From: a virus | Lineage: Duplodnaviria > Caudoviricetes | Virus record (IMG/VR): IMGVR_UViG_3300029305_002471 | Span: 7,669 to 71,668 of that record | Length of the DNA stretch: 64,000 nucleotides | Strand: one strand, 5' to 3' | Program-made: the position numbers and the translations under genes | Shown: piece after piece, positions 38,606-47,385 of the stretch | Layout of the letters: every line of letters starts with the position of its first letter | Position numbering within the stretch: position 1 is the first letter of the stretch | Notes under the pieces: generated by a model | What the model was told of the DNA's origin: nothing | Databases searched by the model: none | What the model saw: the letters and a program-made list of their open reading frames with translations, nothing else

Positions 38606-39466
38606 ATGTTTAATAGTAATTCTTGTAATTACAGCCTATCTGATATTGCCGCAGTAACTGGTCGCAATAATGGCGATGGCATGTTTGGTGGCGACAACGG
38701 CTGGTGGATTATTCTACTATTCCTATTCGCTCTTGGTGGATGGGGCAATGGCGGCTATGGCTTTGGTGGCCAGGGTGGCGCCCGTGGTCAAAGCGAAATC
38801 TCTTATAGCTTTGACATGAATGGCTTAGAAAACGGCGTTCGTGGAATCCAGTAGGGTCTATGTGACGGTTTCTATGCAATGAATACTGGTATGTTAGGCG
38901 GATTTAACGACGTTCAAAGCACTCTTTGCTAGGGCTTTGCCGGCGTAAATAACGCTATTACTACTACCGGTTATGGCATTTTAGATGCTATTCACGCAGA
39001 TACTATTGCTAATATGCAGAATACTACTGCTATTAATGCTGGTATCACTGGTTTAGGTACTCAGCTAGCTGCTTGCTGCTGCGACCTACGTAGCGACTTA
39101 GCTAAGGGCTTCTGTGATATTGGATACAATATGGCTACTCAAGCTAACGCCACTCAGCGCGCTATTGCCGATAGTACTCGTGATATTATCGATAGCAACA
39201 ATGCTGGTGTACGTTCTATCTTAGACTTCTTAACACAAGACAAGATTGCTACCTTAACTGCTGAAAATCAATCTTTGAAATTCGCAGCTTCTCAGGCTAG
39301 CTAGAATGCATTCATTACTGCAAATCAGGAAGCTCAAACCGCTGAGCTAATTCGTAGACTAGGTCGTGATTGCCCAATCCCAGCCTATGTCGTGCCCAAT
39401 CCAAACTGCTGCTACAACTATGCTCAGCCTGTGAGCTATAGTAATTGCGGTGGCTGTGGTTGCTAA
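38606..39466 (+). CDS. Cassette gene 3: Gly-rich TM segment, long heptad coiled coil, Cys-rich tail (286 aa)
   Basis: Fragments 38606 and 39014 in frame; WWIILLFLFALGGWG TM; ACCCD; ends CCYNYAQPVSYSNCGGCGC. Confidence 0.8.
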
Positions 39467-39482
39467 TAAGGAGGCAAGCTAA

Positions 39483-39902
39483 ATGGAAATTATTGCTAAT
39501 GAACTACAGACTGTTTTAGAGAATCAGAACGTCCAGTTCACCGATACTGTTGTTCCAGGAAAAGCTTGCACCATGCACAGAACCGGCTCTGGCTTGGTGA
39601 GTCTGAAAGGACTCACCAATCAGTGCCGCGCCCGTTTTAAGGTGTCTTTTGGTGCTAATATAGCCCTTCCTGCTACTGGAACTGTAGATGCTATTTCTTT
39701 GGCTATTGCCATCGACGGCGAACCAATAGCTTCTACAACTATGATAGTTACTCCTGCAGCTGTTGAAGATTTTTTCAATGTTTTTGGAGCTATCTATTTA
39801 GATATTCCTCGCGGTTGCTGCTCACAAATTAGTGTCCGTAATACAAGCACTCAAGCAATTGATGTTCAAAATGCAAACTTAATTATTGAAAGAGTAGCAT
39901 AA
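39483..39902 (+). CDS. Cassette gene 4: all-beta sandwich protein, BclA-CTD/C1q-like by pattern (139 aa)
   Basis: Intact ORF, alternating hydrophobic beta strands, GCC motif; fold call is inference. Confidence 0.7.
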   Translation: MEIIANELQTVLENQNVQFTDTVVPGKACTMHRTGSGLVSLKGLTNQCRARFKVSFGANIALPATGTVDAISLAIAIDGEPIASTTMIVTPAAVEDFFNVFGAIYLDIPRGCCSQISVRNTSTQAIDVQNANLIIERVA

Positions 39903-39918
39903 TAAGGAGGTTAAAGGT

Positions 39919-40623
39919 ATGGAACAATTAAAATCTATGAAAGAAATGTTGGTTGGATGCGTTCAGGGCCAATTAACTCATTTAGATACAGTTGATGCCA
40001 AAGAGCTTGGCGAGGCTGTTGATATGATTAAAGACCTTAGTGAAGCTATTTACTATTGTACTATTACTGAAGCAATGGAAAAGAAAGACAAAGAACCTCA
40101 GCCAATGTATTATCCAGTTATGTATTATACTGAAAAAGAGGGAAATACTGATGGTCGTGATATGGGACGTAGAGGATATCAAGACTACGGTATGCGTTAT
40201 CATGGTGGTATGATGCCTTATGTGTATTATCCAGAAGACGAATACTATCGTGATATGGATAAAATGAAAGGACGCATGTATTATAATGGCAACGGAAACA
40301 GTGGTGGCAACTCCTCCTCTGGTAACAACGGCTCTTCTAGTGGATATTCTTCTGGTAACTCTGGAACTAGAGGATATTCTGAGCACCAGATGCAGTTAGG
40401 CGAAATGATGCGTGACCAGCGTGAAGGTCGAAGCGGTCAAAGTAGAAAAATGTATATGGAATCTAAAGAGATGCATAAAGACAAAGCTTCTTAGTTATAG
40501 GAGCTGGAAAAATATGCTCAAGAGCTAACTAGCGATATGGTTGAAATGATTAAGGATGCCTCACCCGAAGAGAAACAGTTCCTAAGTAATCGTATTGCTG
40601 CTTTAGCCACCAAAATAAAATGA
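39919..40623 (+). CDS. Cassette gene 5: helical ends flanking a Y/M/R/G/S/N low-complexity core (234 aa)
   Basis: Extends through two TAGs to TGA 40623; GNGNSGGNSSSGNNGSSSGYSSGNSG. Confidence 0.75.
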
Positions 40624-40946
40624 TAAATATAAATGGTGAATGGTGGAGAGTACTGCTAGTATCTCCCAATCATCCTCAGCTTATGCGCGGCGACGGTTCT
40701 TATACCATAGGAGCTTGTGACGATATTGTAAAAACTATATACATCTGCGAAGATATAAATCCAAAATTAATGAAAAAAGTTTTATGCCATGAGTTAACCC
40801 ACGCGGCTATGTTTAGTTATAATATCGAAATGAATTTAGCACAAGAAGAATTATTTGCTGATTTAGTAGCTACTTATGGTTAGGAAATAGTTTGTAAAAC
40901 AAATCTCTTTTTCAAAAGATTAAAAGAAAATAGGGAGACCCAATAA
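40620..40946 (+). CDS. Cassette gene 6: HEXXH zinc metallopeptidase (108 aa)
   Basis: VLCHELTHA plus downstream EE (QEELFAD); ATGA coupling. Confidence 0.7.
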
Positions 40947-40967
40947 GGGTCTCCCTTTATTTTTTTT
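40932..40967. terminator. Terminator at the convergence of the plus and minus arms
   Basis: AGGGAGACCC-AATAA-GGGTCTCCCT followed by a T-rich tract. Confidence 0.8.
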
Positions 40968-41415
40968 ATAAAACTATTGCATCGTCGTCATCTTTGATTT
41001 CTAGCATTTTAATTTTCTGATAATAATTATCAGCATTACTGTTACCACCTAGTTCATGATATAAAGTATAAAATTCATTAATTTGGTCAAACTACACGGG
41101 GGTTAAATAACCTTGTTTCAAATAAATTTTACATAATTGAACTAAGCGATATCTATAAGAGGCTATAATTAGATTTAAATGATGCGTATTTAAAGTATCA
41201 ACATTTCTAATGTAAGCTCTGAGTTCTTCAATTTCGTGAAGTACTGGTGCTAATTTTTCTTCAATGGCTTCTTCCATCTAATCGTTTTCTTGCTCATCAA
41301 GAAGTCTTTTATAGTTCTTAACTTGCTTCCATAACCAGCCGCATAAAGAAAGCGCACCAGTGGTTACTAAAGATAAGAGAATTTTGCCCCAGTTCTCTAG
41401 AATCCATGCTTCCAT
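40966..41415 (-). CDS. Small single-TM phage protein, holin-like/lysis-associated (149 aa)
   Basis: N-terminal TM ILLSLVTTGALSLCGWLW; C-terminal YHELGGN motif seen in phage holin-associated proteins; two TAG. Confidence 0.55.
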
Positions 41416-41449
41416 CTTTTTCTCCCCTTTCAAAAGTTTTATGCCTGTT

Positions 41450-41497
41450 CCTATTATATATGAAAAAAGAGAATAAAGAATTGAAAAAATCCGCCCT
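41450..41497 (-). promoter_or_regulatory. Tripartite motif, copy G (upstream of the holin-like gene)
   Basis: AGGGCGG-N8-AAT-N13-TTTTCA-TATATAATA. Confidence 0.45.
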
Positions 41498-41500
41498 AAA

Positions 41501-41977
41501 TTAGAAGGCGGATTTTGTTGAATTTATATAATGCGTTCCTATACAGATTGCGTCACTCTGGTCTTGCGAAACTTTAAGTCCATAAAACTCTGTAATAAAG
41601 TTCTATGCATTGCGCTTTTGTGTAGCACGGTCGCGCCCTTTGATTCCAAGGGTGGACTTCCAGGTTTGCGAATGAACTAATTCGTGTGGAATATTATATT
41701 CGCGCGCAAGTTCCTCAAGAACGCCGAGCACCTCAGCTAAAGCCTTATAGGTAGTTACATTATTTGTTTGCCCTTGAAGCTAAATGTCTTCAAGTAAAAT
41801 TTTAGTTATATTATACTCTTCAATTAAAGAAATTACTTTGTTGCGAATTTTAACTAAACGCAATGAGAAGTCAGAATCGTCATAGGTAAAAGTACCGCTA
41901 GCTATTAATCTTCCCTCTTGGAATACAGCATATCCACTGGTTCTAGAGGCCTAATCTAAAGCTAAAATATTAGTCAT
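41501..41977 (-). CDS. ruvC: RuvC-like Holliday junction resolvase (158 aa); missed by the ORF track
   Basis: ILALDQASRTSGYAVF (Q=TAG), LLEDIQ, SDAICIG acidic triad. Confidence 0.8.
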
Positions 41978-41981
41978 TATT

Positions 41982-42635
41982 TTATTTCTTTGGTGTCCCT
42001 ACTATAAAGGCTCTGCGCCCGGGATTGCAGGCCATTACGCATTCTTCGCCTTTATTAATCTCAATTGTCGTAGAGCCAAATCCGCCAGTGCGTTCACCTT
42101 CTGCGGCATCATCATCAACTGTATAATACTTATGAAAAACTCCTTGACCAATAGTATCGCCTTTATGAAGTACAATATCAAAAGGAGATAGGTTAATTAT
42201 CTGAAAGAAGATATGGCCCTCATTGTCTGGATTATTATAGTAATCTGCATCAATTATACCCACTCCATTGGCTAGAATTAACCAGTGCTTAAGTGGACAG
42301 GAGCTGCGAACAGATAATTCTAGATACATGTCTTCTGGCATTTCGCATTTAATTCCAGTGGGAACGAGAGTAGGTTTACAATAGCTCTATTTTGTAATTG
42401 CGGCAACTTCACTTAAACTCTTATATTCGTGGGAAGTGAGTGTAAGTAAGCTGCTACTATAATTCTATTCATTTTCACTTTCATCCTATTGTTTTAATAC
42501 CCTCATAAGATTAAAATAGCTAGGAATTACAATATCTTCCGCTACTTGAAAATCATAGCCTGCGCTTGCCCTGGTCTTCCGTTTGGGAAGATTCAAGCCC
42601 GCATCTGTATATTTTGAAACAATTTCAAATTTCAT
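41982..42635 (-). CDS. dut: Trimeric dUTPase with an internal insertion (217 aa)
   Basis: ASAGYDF, LVPTGIK, VRSS, GIIDADY, IGQGVF, RTGGFGST motifs. Confidence 0.9.
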
Positions 42636-42638
42636 GAA

Positions 42639-42854
42639 TTAATCCCAAAAACCAGCGTATTCTTTAACGACCTTAACCACATAAGCCTGGTCAACAACTT
42701 CGCCTTTTAATTTCTTTTCTTTAAGAGTATAAGAGTAAGATTTGAGAACATATCCATTCTCGACTGCATCGGCCTTTAATTCTTCGTTAAAAGCGCGAAC
42801 CTCTTCTGCGGTATCTACGCGGTACACTTCCGCAATTTGATTTATATATTTCAT
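42639..42854 (-). CDS. Hypothetical protein (71 aa)
   Basis: Intact ORF in a tightly packed operon. Confidence 0.7.
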   Translation of the reverse strand: MKYINQIAEVYRVDTAEEVRAFNEELKADAVENGYVLKSYSYTLKEKKLKGEVVDQAYVVKVVKEYAGFWD

Positions 42855-42855
42855 T

Positions 42856-43116
42856 TTAAATTACCTCTACATTAATATTATTATTTCCATAATTTAAAGC
42901 ATAAGCAGTTTTGATTTCTTCTGCCCAAGCGTTGGTATAAACATTTTGTCCATGCAGTTTAATTTGAGTTGCGTTAAATTCTCCTGCTAGAGCGCAAACT
43001 GCTGGTATGACATCTTCAATATCCACTTTGCGAGTATGAATCTCTTTACCATCCTCAATAACATAAATCATTTGGTCACAGGAGAATAATTGAATATTAC
43101 ATAGAATTATCCGCAT
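42856..43116 (-). CDS. Hypothetical protein (86 aa)
   Basis: Intact ORF in a tightly packed operon. Confidence 0.65.
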   Translation of the reverse strand: MRIILCNIQLFSCDQMIYVIEDGKEIHTRKVDIEDVIPAVCALAGEFNATQIKLHGQNVYTNAWAEEIKTAYALNYGNNNINVEVI

Positions 43117-43622
43117 ACAATTACCCCGCTATCATAAGGGAAGAAATACATTACATATGTTTCTTCTTGATTAGTAACCCAAATTTCAATGGCTCTATTA
43201 TCTTCTGTTGGGTCAATAGCTTTAATGCTTCCAATATCATTAGCACACTCAATAACAAGGTCATCAATAAGTTCATCGGCTAACTTTACATCAATAGCAA
43301 AAAGAGTATAGTAATTAATATCGCGACAAAGTAACATATAAAACTGATTATGTTCTTCGTCTACAAAATCTCTAATTAACTTTTTCTTTTCATTAATAGT
43401 ATCATTATCCATAATTTGTAATTGACCAATAATTTGCTTATTTATATCATATGCGCTCATTGTAATTCCGCTATCAAACTGGAAAAGCTTCCACCCTTCT
43501 ATGGGGTCCCAGCGATAGACCTTACCATCTTGTTCGCAAGAAACAATTTGGCCAGCGTAAGGTTCAAGTACATCATTTAAAGTTTCTACACTTTCAATCA
43601 TAAGGATTTTCTCCTTTCTCAT
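43107..43622 (-). CDS. Hypothetical protein (171 aa)
   Basis: Intact ORF downstream of a sigma-A promoter. Confidence 0.7.
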   Translation of the reverse strand: MRKEKILMIESVETLNDVLEPYAGQIVSCEQDGKVYRWDPIEGWKLFQFDSGITMSAYDINKQIIGQLQIMDNDTINEKKKLIRDFVDEEHNQFYMLLCRDINYYTLFAIDVKLADELIDDLVIECANDIGSIKAIDPTEDNRAIEIWVTNQEETYVMYFFPYDSGVIVCG

Positions 43623-43633
43623 TTTTTTTCTTT

Positions 43634-43662
43634 ATTATATCAAAAAATTTTTACTTTTTCAA
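43634..43662 (-). promoter_or_regulatory. Sigma-A promoter
   Basis: TTGAAA-17-TATAAT. Confidence 0.7.
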
Positions 43663-44127
43663 CTCAATAATTCTCTAATTTGAGCTACCTCTCATTGGCA
43701 GCGTAATATCTCTTAAAGATTCAATATAAGGACCATCTATTAAAACATCGGTCATAGAAAGAATTTTTTCAATATGAGGAGTTTGAAATTTTAGTAAATT
43801 CTCATATAAAAATCCTGTCCAAATATAAACCTTTACATCTGGTAATTTTTCTTTTACCTAGGAAATTACAAGAAGTGTTAAGAATTCGTTTTCTTCACAA
43901 AGTGGTTCGCCACCTAGGATGCATAAATTGCGTTTAATTCCGTTTGCAGTAAGTGCGGTAATTATTTCATTTAAGACCTAGGGGGTAAATTCTTTACCCC
44001 CATCAAATTCCCAGGTTTCCGGATTCTAGCAACCGGGGCATCTGTGCGGGCAGCCTTGCGTGTAAAATGAAACGGAAACGCCAGGCGCTGCCGAAAAATC
44101 ATTCTTGTCTAACCCGGCGTATCTCAT
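43651..44127 (-). CDS. nrdG: Anaerobic RNR activase NrdG (158 aa); missed by the ORF track
   Basis: GCPHRCPGCQNPETW (CxxxCxxC), LGGEP, IDGPY, RGSSNQRII with Q=TAG. Confidence 0.92.
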
Positions 44128-46370
44128 CCGTGTTTCACCCGATCTTCAACCTCGGCTTGTTTACCCGCATTAAACGCGCTCTTGTAATCGCCAGATAGAT
44201 AACCAGTTACGCGACGCAAATGTGTGACGTGATGACCACCGCATTCTAGACAGATATCATTCATCTCATCCGCGTAGCCGCAATCTTGGCACTCGTCTAC
44301 TGGAACATTTATCGCGAAGTATGGAATGTCGTGGTCCATAGCATAGTTTACTATTGTTTCAAGAGCTGATAAATTATTTTTAATTCCGCTTTCCAATTCA
44401 ACATAAGTAATACATCCAGCAGTAGAATACCCAGTTAACTGACTTTCAATATCAATTTTTTCAAAGGGGGACATTTTTTTCCATACTGGTACATGCATTG
44501 AATTAGTAAAGTAATCTCTATCAGAGATATTTTTAACAATACCATATTTTTCTTTAAATTTCTTCATAGCCGTATGACACAGTCCTTCGGCTGGAGTATA
44601 ATAAACAGCAAAGTTTAAATGCTCTTGCTCTTTAAACTCTTTACAGCGTTTACTAAATAGGCCTTCGATGCGTTTTGCCAATTCCATTCCCTTAGGCTCT
44701 GTATGGTCACATCCTACAAGAATCTGTAAAGTCTCAGCTAAACCAATTTGACCAATAGCCAAAGTAAAATGTTTCATAACAGATTCAATGGTTTTTCCAT
44801 CAAAGCCAATGCCTAAATTATTTTCGTACATAAATTTGGCGGCAGAGGGGTCTTGAGAACAAATCCAATGATAACGCTCTAATAGGATGTCGCGCGCGTC
44901 ATGGATAGCAGCGTCTAAGGCCTTCATAAACTCTTCAATAATGTCTTCATCTGCTACAGATTGGCGGGAATATACTTGCATAGCCAATGTCGGCATAATA
45001 ATAGTGACTGGGCAACAATTACCTCTACCATCTTTAGTCTATGGATTAACACCGGGGTCTGCATTAATATCTGTTAGATTAACCGTGCGGCAACCCATAC
45101 TAGATAGATAAGTTGCTGGGTCATTGGGGTCATAACCGGCGTTATTAGACCAGTCGCAGTTTAAGTAGTTAGGATACAAGCGCTGTGAAGTGGAGCGCAA
45201 AGCTAACTGATATAAATCGTAGTTAGGGTCTCCTGGCTAACGATTTACGCCTTTCATAAGTTGAAAAATACCACAAGGGAATATTGAGGTCTTATGAAAT
45301 TTACCTAAGCCTTCAATAGAAACTTCTAATAAGGCTTTAGTAATCATACGACCTTCTGGTAATGTGCAAGTGCCATAGTTTAAAGAAGTAAATGGCAGTT
45401 GGCCGCCCGACCGCGACTAGAGTGTATTGAGGTTGTGATAGGCGCCCTCAACGGCCTAATGAATCTCACGCTCTGTCATATCCATGGCATATTTATAAGC
45501 TTCATCAGAACAACCGAATCTGTCTCTACTAATATCAAAATCTGTGTTCCAATTTACGTTCTCGAAATTTATTAACTCTCCTTTGGCGTTAATCGGTTTA
45601 GCTTCTATTTTATCAATATATTTACAAGCATCTTTCATGTGTTTCCAAAAACTTTTTCTTACATAAGGAACCATGGTCCAGTCAATATGCCCTGCGCTAA
45701 TGCCGCCAAATTGGCATAGACTTTGTAATTGGAATATAACTGCCATTAGCTAAAAAGCAGTATTAACCGATCCTGCGGGACGGACATCGGTTTGACGCAC
45801 TCTAAAGCCGTTCGCCAGCAACGCGTCCAGAGGTGCCGTTAAACAGTTGTGGTCGCCCACACTATAATGATCTAAATCGTGCGTGTAAATCTCATTGTTC
45901 TCATGGCGCATACGAGCAAGGTCGCTCATTTGATATGAAAGAGCATGCTCTTTCGTCATTACACTAGAAGCGGTGCCAATGCGTCCAGAGAAAGAATTTT
46001 CATCCATATTAGCATTAGAATTTTCTACTCCAATACCAGCAAGTTTGTCTGTAATGGCTTCAAAGAAGGTGTCTTTAGCTTCACGAGCTACTTCTTTCTT
46101 GTAGCGATAGCGAATATAGGCGCGAGCCACATCTTTCCGCTCAGATGCCATTAACAATTGTTCAACACCATTTTGAATATCTTCAACATTCAAAATTTGT
46201 TTCGCTACTTTCATAGCTATTGCGTGTTCACGCAACATTTCTGCAATTTCTTCTGCAGTTTCATCTTCATATAATTCACCATCAACTTCGATGAATGCTT
46301 TGTTGATAGCATCGATAATTTTTTGTTTATCAAAAGGAACTTGTGTTCCATCACGTTTTATAACATACAT
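44124..46370 (-). CDS. nrdD: Class III anaerobic ribonucleotide reductase NrdD with N-terminal ATP cone (748 aa)
   Basis: MYVIKRDG ATP cone; NLNTLQSRSGGQ; MGCRT; TPAEGL; Zn ribbon; C-terminal RRVTGY glycyl-radical motif. Confidence 0.95.
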
Positions 46371-46384
46371 AATTTTTACCTCCA

Positions 46385-46434
46385 ATACCATATATAGTGT
46401 GGGAAAAAGTATGTGCCCACACTATATATGGGTT
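46385..46434. promoter_or_regulatory. Two NrdR-box-like sites forming a 16-bp inverted repeat upstream of nrdD
   Basis: ATACCATATATAGTGT (46385-46400) and ACACTATATATGGGTT (46419-46434) match acaCwAtATaTwGtgt. Confidence 0.7.
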
Positions 46435-46465
46435 TTATGAGCAATTAATTAGCTTCTTTTGCCCA
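46420..46465 (-). promoter_or_regulatory. Tripartite motif, copy H (upstream of nrdD, overlapping an NrdR-like box)
   Basis: TGGGCAA-N8-AAT-N13-AACCCA-TATATAG. Confidence 0.45.
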
Positions 46466-47032
46466 AACGCCCTCAGCCTCTTTGAGAATTCGGTCGGCTA
46501 TAGCGGCAGAACGCTAGGGGTCTATTCCTTGCCCCTCGTTGCCTAGTATAAAATGATAATTTTTAAAGCCTTTCCATTCTTCTTCATCTGCTTGATAGCG
46601 CCGTACAATCTCATCTACATCGGGGAATTCTTCTCGATTTAAAGACCGCAATAGGCGAGTCTTACCACCAGCTAACATCAAGACAACAAATAAATCAATA
46701 TCTTCCCTTTTGAATAAAGATTCGATACCTTTGCGATTGAATACACCAATATTGATTTTATTTTTATTTAAGGCTTCGATAGCAGTTCCATAACACCAGT
46801 TGCGGTATGTTGCCCATTCTAGCATTTCATTATTCGCCAATTTTGTAGTAAAATCTTCTTCAGTGATAAAATAATAATTTTTACCATTTACTTCGCCCTC
46901 TCTTGGCGGACGAGTGGTATGACTGATTATTTCATGTGCCTTATCTTCTAAATGCTTTAGCATCTATTGTAGATAAGTATCTTTGCCGGAAGCAGATTTA
47001 CCACAAATGGCAATGACTTTATATTTATTCAT
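46445..47032 (-). CDS. gmk: Guanylate kinase (195 aa)
   Basis: GKSASGKDT P-loop, SHTTRPPREGEVNGKNYYF, YGT; two TAG. Confidence 0.9.
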
Positions 47033-47034
47033 AT

Positions 47035-47385
47035 TTATTCCTTTCTAGAATTAAACCAATCGCTATCATTAAAGCCGAAATTATAATAAGCTAATAATTT
47101 CATTTTACTTAAATAACGTCCAATAACACTTCCAGGCTTATTATGATAAAGGTCATAGGTTCTATTCCATTCATCTTGAATATATGGAACATTAAAATGC
47201 TATAAAATTGGTAAAATAGTGCGTATATCCTAATAATTAATTTCTTGTAAATAACACTATTTACATTTGGTATCATATTTTTCAAGCTGCATATAGTCTT
47301 TACGAACTGGCGGATTTGCCTTTATCCTCCAAAAGGAAGACAAAGGCAGACGTTTTTTACAACATATACATTCTATTTTATTCAT
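47035..47385 (-). CDS. Zn-finger protein (116 aa), paralog of the N-terminal domain of 2418..3626; missed by the ORF track
   Basis: CICC...CKQC; ILQHFNVPYIQDEWN and VIGRYLSKMKL align with ILQEIDVPYIPDEWN and IVGRYLSKMKL. Confidence 0.8.

Noticed and set aside
1302-46370. Mass pseudogenisation or sequencing error as the cause of ORF fragmentation
   Set aside because: Breaks are always TAG, frames are preserved, and TAGs fall on conserved Gln positions.
44124-46370. Intron or intein in nrdD suggested by gaps in the ORF track
   Set aside because: The gaps translate continuously as conserved NrdD sequence once TAG is read as Gln.
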